A stretch of DNA of 64,000 nt from Rickettsiales bacterium (GTDB taxonomy: Bacteria; Pseudomonadota; Alphaproteobacteria; Rickettsiales; UBA1997), in NCBI GenBank assembly GCA_947442475.1, contig CANEVP010000001.1:2607-66606 (forward strand). The letters run 5' to 3'. A model generated the notes under the pieces. The model did no database searches. It saw only the letters and a list, made by a program, of their open reading frames with translations, and had not been told where the DNA came from. Positions 10,061 through 19,746 of this stretch are shown in pieces. Each line of letters begins with the position of its first letter. Within the stretch, counting starts at the first letter, position 1. The position numbers and the translations under genes are program-made.

Positions 10061-10155
10061 TAGCCGCTTGATAATTATTTTTTCGCTAAATATTTTTGCC
10101 GCCACTTGATCACCGCACCAATCACACTACCATTTAACCCAAATCACCAAAACCT

Positions 10156-10554
10156 ATGCTTAGCGCCGCAACCATGCCACATCCCCTTACCCAAATTGAA
10201 ATCATCCATCGCTTAAAAAAAGTTGGTTTCACGCAAGAGCAAGCCGAAGTTCAGACGCAGATTATTACTGAAGTAAATGAGAATAGTTTGGCGACGAAGC
10301 AGGATGTTAAAGATTTAGCGGCGTCTTCAGATGTAGAAATTACTTTAGTTAGAAAAGATATTAGAGAAGTGCGACAAGAGATAAAAGATTTGCGCCAAGA
10401 AATGATTGGCGGATTCGCTTTAGTGCAAAAAGAATTTGTTTTGGTCAGAAAAGAGATGGAGCTGATGAAGTCAGATATTCTCGTCAAAATCACAATCATC
10501 ATGAGCACTTTGCTTGCCCTATTTGGCGCGGTTCAAAAGATTTTTAACTTTTAA
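10156..10554 (+). CDS. DUF1640-like coiled-coil protein with C-terminal membrane anchor
   Basis: Pattern ...L..VGFTQEQAE...LATKQDVKDL..., then a coiled coil and a hydrophobic tail ITIIMSTLLALFGAV, as I recall for DUF1640 (CCDC90-like) proteins. Confidence 0.5.
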   Translation: MLSAATMPHPLTQIEIIHRLKKVGFTQEQAEVQTQIITEVNENSLATKQDVKDLAASSDVEITLVRKDIREVRQEIKDLRQEMIGGFALVQKEFVLVRKEMELMKSDILVKITIIMSTLLALFGAVQKIFNF

Positions 10555-11483
10555 ATCTTGCGCAGTCGATTCATATAAATCGTAGCTCCAACCGCATTGG
10601 CATTTTCAATTTTATACCTGCCGCCGCGCGCGATTGGATAGGTGAAATCGCCGCAGAAAACATCAAAAGAAATTTCATTGTGATAAGACGAGCCGTGGTC
10701 GCCAAATAGGTCGAAGCGGGTGGAAATTTCGCCAAATTTTTGCTGTAGAAATTGCGAGATTTTTTGGGCTTTGGCAAGTTCTGCGGAAATTTTTTCTGAC
10801 TTAATTTGTGTTGAAATTTCTTTAACCAAATTTTCCAAATCATCATTGGAAGTGGCGATTTTGCTGATGATTTTGCCATTTTTTCCGGCGAGCATTTTTA
10901 TCGCTGACAGGTTTTTTGTCATTACCGCATCAATTAATTCAGCATTTTTTTCGACACCAATTTCGCTCAAGAAAATCTCCAAAAAATTCGGCAAAGAAAA
11001 TTCGATTAATAAATTTTTCATGCTCAATTTTTTGAGCGCCTCAAGCAAAATTTCGATAATTTCTAAGTGAGATTTTTCTGAGTCGCAGCCGATGATCTCA
11101 ACGCCCACCTGTGTTTGTTGACGATCAGCATAAAGATTATCACTTTTAGCGCAAAGCACATCGCCCACGTAGCAAAGTTTTAGTGGCAAATTTTCTTGCT
11201 TGAGGCGAGTGGCAAGAAGCCTTGAGATTTGCAGCGTGATGTCATTTCTAAAAATCAGATTTCGGCCAGAAATTACATCAGTTGCGCGGAAAGAATTACA
11301 CACTTCGTCGCGCGAAAAATTATCTTCAAATTCAACCAAAGGTGTTTTGATTAAACGATATCCGGCCTTGAAAAACGAGGCGAGAGCGAGGTTGATATTT
11401 TCGTGACTTTTTTGCGCCTCATCAAAAAGCAAATCGTAAAATCCAACAGGAAGAAGTTGTTTTGAGGTTAAATTTTGAGTCAT
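10551..11483 (-). CDS. HisZ-like protein (class II aaRS-like; ATP phosphoribosyltransferase regulatory subunit family)
   Basis: LLPVGFYDLLFDEAQK... N-terminus typical of HisZ/HisRS paralogs. I prefer the ATG at 11483 (MTQNLTSKQ), 5 nt after the UDG stop, over the track start at 11528. Confidence 0.55.
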   Translation of the reverse strand: MTQNLTSKQLLPVGFYDLLFDEAQKSHENINLALASFFKAGYRLIKTPLVEFEDNFSRDEVCNSFRATDVISGRNLIFRNDITLQISRLLATRLKQENLPLKLCYVGDVLCAKSDNLYADRQQTQVGVEIIGCDSEKSHLEIIEILLEALKKLSMKNLLIEFSLPNFLEIFLSEIGVEKNAELIDAVMTKNLSAIKMLAGKNGKIISKIATSNDDLENLVKEISTQIKSEKISAELAKAQKISQFLQQKFGEISTRFDLFGDHGSSYHNEISFDVFCGDFTYPIARGGRYKIENANAVGATIYMNRLRKI

Positions 11484-11488
11484 TTTTG

Positions 11489-12358
11489 TTATTTTAAAAA
11501 ATGTTCCAACGCCAACATATCTTGCCACGCTACCTTCTTTTTAGAGGGTTGGCGCATCAAGTAAGACGGGTGAAAAATTGTGAAAGTTTTGATTTTGCGC
11601 GACAAAAATTTCGGCGCAAAATCCATAAATTTGCCACGAATTTGCGTTACCGGATCTTTAATTCCAAGCACCGCAGTCATTGAAGTAGCGCCAACTAAAA
11701 CCAAAACGTCAGGATTTAAAAGTTCAATGTGACGCTCAACAAAAGGTCGACAAATTGCTAATTCTTCATCAGTTGGGCGGCGATTTCCCGGTGGTCGCCA
11801 GAAGATTACGTTGGTGATGTAGAAATTTTCGGCGCGCGTCATGTTTATGGCGCGAAACATGTCGTCTAAAACTTTTCCAGAATCGCCGCAAAATGGAATA
11901 CCTTGCAAATCTTCGTGGTTTCCTGGCGCTTCGCCAATTAACATTACTTTTGAAGTTGGATTGCCGTCACAAAAAACTGTGTTGGTTGCCATTTTTTTCA
12001 AATTGCAGCCGTCAAAATTTTCCACGGCTTTGCGAAGTTCGGGCAATGTTTTTGCAGCTGAGGCAGATTTTTGGGCGAGTGCTACAATTTCGTTAAGCGA
12101 TTGAAATTTTTTGTGATCAAAAGCTGGCTCAATTGCGACAGGTAGTTGAGATTTTTTAGCCAAAGTTGAAAGTGCCTCGTTGGTTGAATATTGCGGTTTA
12201 ACAAAGTTATTCACCGTTGCGGGCTTGGCCACTTCAACAGCTTTTTTTTGCGAGTCTTTTTCTAAAAAATGATTCTGCGCTTTTTCTGAAATTACCTCAC
12301 TCAAATCATTGTCGAGATAGAATTGCAGAGCTTCTGTAATGTTAGAGTTTAATTTCAA
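11489..12358 (-). CDS. Uracil-DNA glycosylase, family 4, with N-terminal extension
   Basis: GEAPGNHEDLQGIPFCGDSGKVL and HPSYLMRQP motifs. Confidence 0.85.
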   Translation of the reverse strand: MKLNSNITEALQFYLDNDLSEVISEKAQNHFLEKDSQKKAVEVAKPATVNNFVKPQYSTNEALSTLAKKSQLPVAIEPAFDHKKFQSLNEIVALAQKSASAAKTLPELRKAVENFDGCNLKKMATNTVFCDGNPTSKVMLIGEAPGNHEDLQGIPFCGDSGKVLDDMFRAINMTRAENFYITNVIFWRPPGNRRPTDEELAICRPFVERHIELLNPDVLVLVGATSMTAVLGIKDPVTQIRGKFMDFAPKFLSRKIKTFTIFHPSYLMRQPSKKKVAWQDMLALEHFLK

Positions 12359-12467
12359 GTGCTTCCCTCTTTTGTTAGCTTTCTTTAGCTAAATTTTATA
12401 GTTCGTGTGAATTACAAATCACGCGGTTAAAACCTGTTTTCTCGTTAAAATTTACTTATTTAAAAAA

Positions 12468-13448
12468 ATGGAAAAATTCGAATTTGAAGTTGTCGAAAAT
12501 GAAGATGGAATTCGTCTGGATAAATTTTTAACCGTCAAATTTTCGGCAGTTAAGCCAGAAATTAATCGCACCAAAATTCAGCATTTGTTAGAAATGAATC
12601 TGGTTTTGGATGAGAAAAATCAACCCTGTAACGCTCCTTCGCAAAAAACCAAACTAGGCCAAAAATTCTTCGTTTCAACTATTGATCCAAAGCCTTCGCA
12701 TTTAACAGCTAAAGAAATTCCCTTCGAAATTATTTTTGAAGATGATGATTTACTGGTGATTAACAAACCAGCCGGACTCACGGTTCACCCAGGCACAGGC
12801 AATCAAGATAACACTTTGGTTAACGGACTTTTATTCACCCACCAAGATCGCTTATCTTCGGTGAGCGGCGAATTTCGCCCCGGTATTGTGCATCGTTTGG
12901 ACAAGGATACATCTGGCTTGATGCTAGTTGCCAAAAATGATTTTACCCACCAAATCCTCAGCCAAAAATTGCGTGATCGCGATATTAAAAGAACTTATCT
13001 CGCTTTCATTTTTGGCTGCATCACACCTTCGCGCGGCATGATTAACAAAAATATTGTGCGATCACGTGCGAATCGCTTGAAAATGTCGATCTCGCGCACT
13101 TTAGGGCGTGTTGCGATTACCAATTATGAAACGGTTGAAACTTTTTTAGATAGTTATGCAAGTCTGGTGGAATGCAAGTTGCAGACTGGTCGCACGCACC
13201 AAATTCGGGTGCATCTTGAATCAATCAAACACTCGCTAATTGGCGATCAACTTTACAATTCTTGCAAAAAAACTGCTTCGATAAATTTCTCTGCTGAGGC
13301 CAAAAACTTTATTCAGAATTTTCCAAGGCAAGCCCTGCACTCTTACAAAATCAGCTTCATGCACCCGCGCAGCAATGAAGAAATGACTTTTGAAATTGAT
13401 TTGCCGGATGACTTAAAACAGTTAAAAAAGCACCTCACAAATGGCTAA
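12468..13448 (+). CDS. rluD: 23S rRNA pseudouridine synthase, RluA/RluD family
   Basis: S4-like N-terminus, HRLDKDTSGLMLVAK catalytic motif, and TGRTHQIRVH. Confidence 0.9.
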   Translation: MEKFEFEVVENEDGIRLDKFLTVKFSAVKPEINRTKIQHLLEMNLVLDEKNQPCNAPSQKTKLGQKFFVSTIDPKPSHLTAKEIPFEIIFEDDDLLVINKPAGLTVHPGTGNQDNTLVNGLLFTHQDRLSSVSGEFRPGIVHRLDKDTSGLMLVAKNDFTHQILSQKLRDRDIKRTYLAFIFGCITPSRGMINKNIVRSRANRLKMSISRTLGRVAITNYETVETFLDSYASLVECKLQTGRTHQIRVHLESIKHSLIGDQLYNSCKKTASINFSAEAKNFIQNFPRQALHSYKISFMHPRSNEEMTFEIDLPDDLKQLKKHLTNG

Positions 13449-14337
13449 AAAAATTGTCATAATTTCAGGGCCAACTGCTTCGGGAAAATCGGATCTGGCT
13501 TTGAAATTGGCGCAAGAAAAAGACATCGCAATTATTAACGCCGACTCGCTGCAAATCTATGAGGGGTTACCAATTCTATCTTCGCAAGCAACAGAGGAAG
13601 AGAAGAAAAAAGTAAAACATTTTTTATATTCACATTTTAAGCCACGCGAAACTTCGTCAGTGGCAATTTGGCTAAAGCTTGTAAAGCCAATTGTAGAGCA
13701 GCTTTGGAGTGAAAATAAACTGCCGGTAATTGTTGGCGGCAGCGGTATGTACATTTCAAAATTAGTTGAAGGCATTTCAGAAATTCCTGAAATTGACGAA
13801 GATATTAGAAGCGGCGCGCGCCAACTTTTTGAAGAAATTGGTCACGAAGAATTCCAAAAAAAATTAATTGAATTAGGCGAAAACCAAATCCCCGACAAGC
13901 ATCGCATGACAAGGGCTTATGAGGTTTTAAAACAAACCGGAAAGTCGATTACTTGGTGGCAAGATCGCCCCCTAAAAAAACTTTTTGAAGAGGCGAATTT
14001 TATTCACGCCAATTTAAATCCCGATCGCAAAAAACTTTACGACAATTGTAATTCACGTTTTGTTTCGATGTTAAAAAGCGGTGCGAGGCAAGAGGCTAAA
14101 AACCTTGTGGACGCTGGCATTGAGGATGATTGCCAAATTACTAAAACTTTAGGATTTTACGAAATTCGTGATTTTTTAGAGCAGCGCATTAACCAAGAAA
14201 AAATGATTGAAATCGCGACCCAGAAAACCCGAAATTACGCCAAAAGACAATTAACTTGGTTCCGCCATCAATTGCCGTTAAAGCAAGTGTTTAGTGATTC
14301 GCAGACAGCTTTGAATTTTCTAAAAAATGAAATTTAG
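13441..14337 (+). CDS. miaA: tRNA dimethylallyltransferase MiaA
   Basis: P-loop GPTASGKS and DSLQIYEGLPILS. Overlaps rluD by 8 nt. Confidence 0.9.
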   Translation: MAKKIVIISGPTASGKSDLALKLAQEKDIAIINADSLQIYEGLPILSSQATEEEKKKVKHFLYSHFKPRETSSVAIWLKLVKPIVEQLWSENKLPVIVGGSGMYISKLVEGISEIPEIDEDIRSGARQLFEEIGHEEFQKKLIELGENQIPDKHRMTRAYEVLKQTGKSITWWQDRPLKKLFEEANFIHANLNPDRKKLYDNCNSRFVSMLKSGARQEAKNLVDAGIEDDCQITKTLGFYEIRDFLEQRINQEKMIEIATQKTRNYAKRQLTWFRHQLPLKQVFSDSQTALNFLKNEI

Positions 14338-15052
14338 CGACCAAGGCATCATCATCAGTCAAAAAAAATACGGAGAAAATTCGCTGATTGTGAAAGTTTT
14401 TTCAGCTGAGCATGGCGTTTATCGCGGCTTTGTTAATTCAGTAAAATCAAGCAAAGACAAGGCAATTTTTCAAATTGGCAATTTAATTTCTTTCGAATTT
14501 CGCGCCCGCATCGAAGAAAGTTTAGGACAATTTGCTACCGTTGATTTGGTGAAATCTTACTGCTCAAAAATCATGTTTGACCGCTTTAAATTAAGCTGCG
14601 TCAACTCACTATTTTCAATCATCGACTACAGTTTTTTGGAGCGTGAAAATCACCAATTACTTTTTGAGAAACTGCTGATTTTTTTACAAAAAGTTGTTGA
14701 TGAAGATGAGTCAAAAAACTTTCTCGTTGATTACGTGAAGCTGGAATTAAAGATTCTAAAAACTCTAGGTTACGGCATTGATTTATCTTCTTGTGTGGTG
14801 ACCAATTCAGAAATTGATTTGGCTTTTGTTTCGCCAAAATCTGCTAGAGCCGTGTGCTTGGAGGCTGGATTGCCCTACAAAAATAAATTGCTGAAATTGC
14901 CGAATTTCTTAACCGATGCAAAAGATGAGGTGAGTGAAAATGATCTGCGCGACGGCTTGCGTTTAACCGGCTATTTTTTAGAAAAATTTATTTTCGAAGA
15001 CCAAAAAGAAAAATTGGGAATTCGAAATAAACTGGAGAAAAGTTTTAACTAA
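14327..15052 (+). CDS. recO: DNA repair protein RecO
   Basis: 241 aa. The N-terminal OB-fold pattern (GIIISQKKYGENSLIVKVFSAEHGVYRGFV) and the size are typical of RecO. Overlaps miaA. Confidence 0.8.
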   Translation: MKFSDQGIIISQKKYGENSLIVKVFSAEHGVYRGFVNSVKSSKDKAIFQIGNLISFEFRARIEESLGQFATVDLVKSYCSKIMFDRFKLSCVNSLFSIIDYSFLERENHQLLFEKLLIFLQKVVDEDESKNFLVDYVKLELKILKTLGYGIDLSSCVVTNSEIDLAFVSPKSARAVCLEAGLPYKNKLLKLPNFLTDAKDEVSENDLRDGLRLTGYFLEKFIFEDQKEKLGIRNKLEKSFN

Positions 15053-15063
15053 AATTTGTTGAT

Positions 15064-16740
15064 ATGCCAAATCTACAATCATTTGCGCCACTCGCCAAAG
15101 AAAAACTCACAGAAATAATTTCGCGCATTGCCCCAGAGCTTTATTTTGTTGCCAGAAAAGTGCATCAGTTCACTGACTCTCACCAAGACTTAATTGCTGC
15201 TTTTAGAAGTGCTGAAAACAAGGCAGAATTTATCAATATTTGTCACCAAGAAATTTCAAAATTCTTAAAAGATTGTGGCTTGATGGGATTTGGCGAACAA
15301 AAAGCCGGCGAAGAATTTATCATCGGCTCTGAAGGTGTGGCGCTGATTTCAGCTTACATGGCAAGTAAAGAAAAAAACGTTGCGGCGCATCCGGTGCAGG
15401 TGATTAAAAATATTAATCTTGAAACGCGTGACGGGTTGTCACAAAAACATACTAATATTTTTTTAGAGCAAGGTGGCGTACATGATGGCTTAAGAGAGCA
15501 GTTGGTTGCTGATTTGCAAAGTGCTGGAGATGCAGATTTTAGTAAAAGCTACGTTGTTGAAATATTTGGAACTACTGGCGGCAGCCATTTTTCCGCTGTA
15601 ACAATTCATAAAAAAGCTGGTGAAAAAGATCCGGTGGTTCATTTATTTGATGGCTCTCCACCACTAGTTCGCAATGGTTTGGAAGCGGCGCAGAATAGCA
15701 TTGCCAATGGTTGGTGCTCGCAATTTATTATTAATGCCACGGTGAAAAAATCTTTTGAAGATTGCGGTTTGGTTTTGAGTAATGAGAAATTTTTTAATAA
15801 TTCAGAACCACTGCAAGCTTCAAACCTGTCGCTTTGCGCAACCTTTGCGTGCGAGAAGGCTTATGAATTTGCAAGAATGGCAAGGCAAGAGCATCTCGAT
15901 TTGTTGCAAGGTAGATATGTTTATCTAAGTCCTTACGGCGGAAAAACGGAAATGCCAATTATGCTAGATGAAAATGGCTACATTACCAATCCGCAATTTA
16001 GATTGCCGGCGCAAGAAGTTGTGATGTCCAGCTTTGTAAGCACTGCGCTTTTGCCACGAGCTGATGAGTTAAGACAGGGCTTTCATTCAAGAAAAAATGG
16101 CACAAAAGAAACTAATTTTAATCGAATCGCAAGAAACCAAAACCCAGATGAAGGTGGTCGCAACCAAATTATTGAGAAAAAAGCTTTAAGGCAAAAAGAG
16201 GGGCATTTGTTTGAAATCGTGACGAGTGAAGAATTCTTGGCCAAAAGATTTGAAGCCACAGATCCAAGACCATTGCCGCAGGTGCGAGGACATCCATTTT
16301 TTCCCACAAACTCGGAAGTAGAAGGCCCCGCATCAGGAACCGAAGCATTATTAGGCGCTTTTAGAAAATTGCTGTCAGCAAGATCATCCGGCGCAAATCG
16401 CTCTAAAATTGATCAGAAGGGAAATTGTGAAATCTTGACTTATTTGGGCGCAGCAACCGCAAATAAATTGGTAGGATTTATGACTGACAATGAAATTGCA
16501 GTGCAATCGCGCAGAGTAGATTTTGGAAATAATGTTGTTGGCGCCGATCCAGAATTTAGCAACATTCGTGAAGTTATTTTAAGCGTGCCGCGAGAAAGGT
16601 TTGAAGATTTGTCTCAAAAAATGGCAGAAAATGGCTCGCTTTACGTGCCGAAAAAAAATCTATTCTCACCGCCGGAAAGAATCGAGCCACAACGGGCTGA
16701 AGTGTTGCGGGCGGGAGTAATAGGAGTGGAACGAAAATAA
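15064..16740 (+). CDS. Hypothetical protein with CE-clan (Ulp1/YopJ-like) cysteine protease/acetyltransferase-like catalytic arrangement; candidate secreted effector
   Basis: GGSH175FSAVTIHKK..VVHLFD196GS ... EPLQ251ASNLSLC258ATFACEKA. The order and spacing H-(21)-D-(55)-Q-(7)-C resemble CE-clan enzymes. The rest of the protein is unrecognisable. Confidence 0.45.
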   Translation: MPNLQSFAPLAKEKLTEIISRIAPELYFVARKVHQFTDSHQDLIAAFRSAENKAEFINICHQEISKFLKDCGLMGFGEQKAGEEFIIGSEGVALISAYMASKEKNVAAHPVQVIKNINLETRDGLSQKHTNIFLEQGGVHDGLREQLVADLQSAGDADFSKSYVVEIFGTTGGSHFSAVTIHKKAGEKDPVVHLFDGSPPLVRNGLEAAQNSIANGWCSQFIINATVKKSFEDCGLVLSNEKFFNNSEPLQASNLSLCATFACEKAYEFARMARQEHLDLLQGRYVYLSPYGGKTEMPIMLDENGYITNPQFRLPAQEVVMSSFVSTALLPRADELRQGFHSRKNGTKETNFNRIARNQNPDEGGRNQIIEKKALRQKEGHLFEIVTSEEFLAKRFEATDPRPLPQVRGHPFFPTNSEVEGPASGTEALLGAFRKLLSARSSGANRSKIDQKGNCEILTYLGAATANKLVGFMTDNEIAVQSRRVDFGNNVVGADPEFSNIREVILSVPRERFEDLSQKMAENGSLYVPKKNLFSPPERIEPQRAEVLRAGVIGVERK

Positions 16741-16746
16741 AATTTT

Positions 16747-17544
16747 CTAAAAAATCCAATTTCCCATCAAAACCACCGGATCGAGTTTAGTGTCAAAGAG
16801 CAAGCAGAGAAAGCTCGACATGCAAATTGCTGGAGCGAAAGGGAAGGTTTCATCTTTCATGATTTTTTGCCACAGCGATCCAAAAAATAATCCAAGCAAG
16901 CCGCTTAGCATCATGAAGGCCAAGAAATTTTGAGTGCCAAGTAGAAAACCGGTGACGAAAAAAAACTTCAAATCATCAATGCCAATTGCTTCGAGCGTTG
17001 TGGTGAAATAAAAAAACGCCCAAAGTGCTACGCCAAATCCGGCGTAAAGAAAAGCTGATTTTACGTGAGCAAGAATTGCCGGAGTTCCGCCTTGCGAAAC
17101 CACTAAAATTGCTGCTAGAACCGTTAAAAAATATTGCGAAGAATCGGGAATAAAATATTGCTCAAGATCAATAACGCACATCAAAATCAGCGTGCTTGCG
17201 ATCAAAAAATAGAGAATGGTTTTGAGATTAATTTGCTGATCCAAAACAAAATAAATTGTCAAAAAACTCAGCAAAAAACTCAGCTCAATTAATGGATAAC
17301 GAGCTGAAATTTTGGCGTGACATTTGCCACATTTTCCTCTTTGAAATAGCCAAGAAAAAATCGGAATTAAATTTAAGGGAGTAAGCGCAACGCCACAGCT
17401 GGTGCATTTTGAGCGCGTAAAAACAAATGGCTCTTTATGCGCTAGGCGATAACTTAAAAGGCTAGTAAAGCTGCCAAAAATTAAAGAAAAAAACACCACC
17501 AAAACCAATTGAGTTTGTGGATCAATTGCGGATAAAATTTGCAT
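16747..17544 (-). CDS. Prepilin peptidase (A24 family, PilD-like)
   Basis: N-terminal CxxC...CxxC zinc motif (CTSCGV...CGKCHA) and a polytopic membrane profile with an A24-like layout. Confidence 0.8.
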   Translation of the reverse strand: MQILSAIDPQTQLVLVVFFSLIFGSFTSLLSYRLAHKEPFVFTRSKCTSCGVALTPLNLIPIFSWLFQRGKCGKCHAKISARYPLIELSFLLSFLTIYFVLDQQINLKTILYFLIASTLILMCVIDLEQYFIPDSSQYFLTVLAAILVVSQGGTPAILAHVKSAFLYAGFGVALWAFFYFTTTLEAIGIDDLKFFFVTGFLLGTQNFLAFMMLSGLLGLFFGSLWQKIMKDETFPFAPAICMSSFLCLLFDTKLDPVVLMGNWIF

Positions 17545-17627
17545 GAAGAGGTTGTTAAATTGCTAATTTGAAAACTGCTAAATAGATTGATCGCGACCAA
17601 TCAAATCAACAACATCTTTCTTAAAAA

Positions 17628-18608
17628 ATGAGATTTTTTCTAAAAGTTTTTCTCAGTTTGGTTCTGATTTTTGCGGGTTTTTCTTGTAGCCAAAAACCAG
17701 CGCAAATTAGCAACCGCAGCCAAAACATTTACAACAAAAATAATAGCGCAAGCAAGGCGAAATACCTCGATATTCGTGAGTCCGCGGCAAAAGATGCACC
17801 TAAAGAATCAATCAAAAATAACCAAATTGAAGTTGTTGCGGGCGACACAATTTTCAGCATTTCAAAAAAAACCCAAGTGCTTTTGCGCGATTTGATTAAG
17901 CAAAATAATCTGATGCCACCCTACATTCTCAAGGTTGGAAGCAAGCTAACAATTCCGAAAACAAATTATCATGAAGTAAATTCGGGCGAAACTCTTTACG
18001 CAATTTCTCGCCTCTACAACATGAAAATTAATCAATTGATTGAAATTAATGAATTAAAAGAGCCTTACAGTGTTAAGGCTGGAGATCATATTAAAATTTC
18101 TAAATTAGAAAAAATCTTTGCAGAAAATAAAGATTCGCAAGCCAGCTACAATTTAAAAACCAGCGAAAAATCTTCTGAAAAAACGGCGGAAAAAGAGCCA
18201 AAAGCAAATTTCGTCGAAAAAGTTTTGGATAAATTTAACAAATTTTCTTGGCCAGTGGGCGGCACGGTGGTTTCTAAATTTGGCCCTAAAAGCGCTGGGC
18301 TTTATAATGACGGCATCAATATCAAGGCTAAAGAAGGCGCCGAAGTTAAGGCCTCAGAAGATGGCGTTGTGGCCTATGTGGGCAATGAATTGAAGGGTTA
18401 CGGAAATTTGGTAATTGTAAAACATGCGGGCGGTTGGATTACGGCTTATGCGCATTTAGCAAAATCTAGCGTGACGCGTGGCGAAAAAGTTAGTAAGGGA
18501 CAAAAAATCGGCACAGTGGGGGCTACCGGAAATGTTACGTCTCCTCAGCTTTATTTCGGATTGCGTAAGGGTCGAGACGCGGTGAATCCTCAAAATTATT
18601 TGAAATAA
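17628..18608 (+). CDS. LysM-domain M23 peptidase lipoprotein (NlpD-like)
   Basis: Lipobox FAGFSC, two LysM repeats (GDTIFSISKK..., GETLYAISRLY...), and a C-terminal M23 domain (GINIKAKEGAEV...GATGNVTSPQLYFGLR). Confidence 0.85.
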   Translation: MRFFLKVFLSLVLIFAGFSCSQKPAQISNRSQNIYNKNNSASKAKYLDIRESAAKDAPKESIKNNQIEVVAGDTIFSISKKTQVLLRDLIKQNNLMPPYILKVGSKLTIPKTNYHEVNSGETLYAISRLYNMKINQLIEINELKEPYSVKAGDHIKISKLEKIFAENKDSQASYNLKTSEKSSEKTAEKEPKANFVEKVLDKFNKFSWPVGGTVVSKFGPKSAGLYNDGINIKAKEGAEVKASEDGVVAYVGNELKGYGNLVIVKHAGGWITAYAHLAKSSVTRGEKVSKGQKIGTVGATGNVTSPQLYFGLRKGRDAVNPQNYLK

Positions 18609-19540
18609 TGTCATTTTTAAAAATTTTCTCCAAATCAAAAATTAGCGATCAGCTGAAAAATAGTTCGAGCAAAATTTCGACAGCAATTTCGCAGATTTTT
18701 ACTCACAAAAAACTAGATGCACAAACCTTGGAAGAGCTAGAAGAAACGCTAATTACCAGCGATATGGGCTCTGAGGTTGCGGCGGCAATTATTGCTAATT
18801 TGAAAGCCAAGAAATTCGAAAAAAATATTGATGAATTTGAGATTAAAAATTTTCTTACCGCGCAAATTGAAGAAATTTTAAAACCCTGCCAAAAGTCTTT
18901 GTCACTTGATGAAGCGCAAAAACCGCAAGTGATAATTTTCAACGGAGTTAATGGCGCTGGCAAAACTACAACGATTGGAAAAGTTGCGCAGAACTTAAAA
19001 AACCAAAATAAAAAAATTCTCATCGCAGCGTGCGACACCTTCAGAGCCGCCGCTTCGCAGCAATTAGAGGTTTGGGCAAAAAGAGTTGGATGTGAAATTA
19101 TTTTGCCGCAAAAAGAAGGTGAAGATCCGGCGGCAATTGCTTACCGCGCTTTTGAATTTGCTAGAAAAAATAATTTTGATGCGCTGTTAATCGACACCGC
19201 AGGCAGGTTGCAAAATAAACAAAATTTGATGGATGAGTTGAAAAAAATTAGTTCGGTTTTGAAAAAAATTGATGCCAGCGCGCCGCATGAAAATCTGTTA
19301 ATTTTAGATGCCACAACTGGACAAAATGCCAAATCACAGTTAGAAATTTTTAACCAAATTGTTGGAATCACCGGAATTGTAATTACCAAATTAGACGGCT
19401 CGGCCAAAGGCGGCATTGTGGTGGCGCTGGCGCAAAAATTTTCTAAACCAATTTACGCAATTGGCGTTGGAGAAAAGCTGGAAGATCTGCAAGAATTTGA
19501 TGCGGCGAGTTTTGCGCGTAATTTAGTTGGATTAGACTAG
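18608..19540 (+). CDS. ftsY: Signal recognition particle receptor FtsY
   Basis: NG domain with GVNGAGKTTTIGK, DTAGRL and TKLDGSAKGG. Confidence 0.92.
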   Translation: MSFLKIFSKSKISDQLKNSSSKISTAISQIFTHKKLDAQTLEELEETLITSDMGSEVAAAIIANLKAKKFEKNIDEFEIKNFLTAQIEEILKPCQKSLSLDEAQKPQVIIFNGVNGAGKTTTIGKVAQNLKNQNKKILIAACDTFRAAASQQLEVWAKRVGCEIILPQKEGEDPAAIAYRAFEFARKNNFDALLIDTAGRLQNKQNLMDELKKISSVLKKIDASAPHENLLILDATTGQNAKSQLEIFNQIVGITGIVITKLDGSAKGGIVVALAQKFSKPIYAIGVGEKLEDLQEFDAASFARNLVGLD

Positions 19541-19621
19541 CTAAAAAAGTTTGACTTCAATTGTGCAGCTCCTAGAAAACCGCCCTCCTTTTTTGTGGTA
19601 ATCCTCCATTTGAAAGAATCT

Positions 19622-19696
19622 TGGGACGTCGCCAAGCGGTAAGGCAGCGGTTTTTGATACCGCCATCCGTAGGTTCGAATCCTGCCGTCCCAACCA
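19622..19696 (+). tRNA. tRNA-Gln (anticodon UUG)
   Basis: TGGGACGTCGCCAAGCGGTAAGGCAGCGGTTTTTGATACCGCC...GGTTCGAATCC...CGTCCCAACCA. The cloverleaf and anticodon loop TTTTGAT are close to E. coli tRNA-Gln. CCA is encoded. Confidence 0.9.
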
Positions 19697-19746
19697 ACTC
19701 CATGCTTCCTTCTTAAGCCCCACTTCCAAATTTAATTAAACTTCTA

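Noticed and set aside
19541-19729. 62-aa ORF overlapping tRNA-Gln. The same applies to 62897..63109, which overlaps tRNA-Gly.
   Set aside because: Both ORFs are fully explained by well-folded tRNA genes and are spurious.
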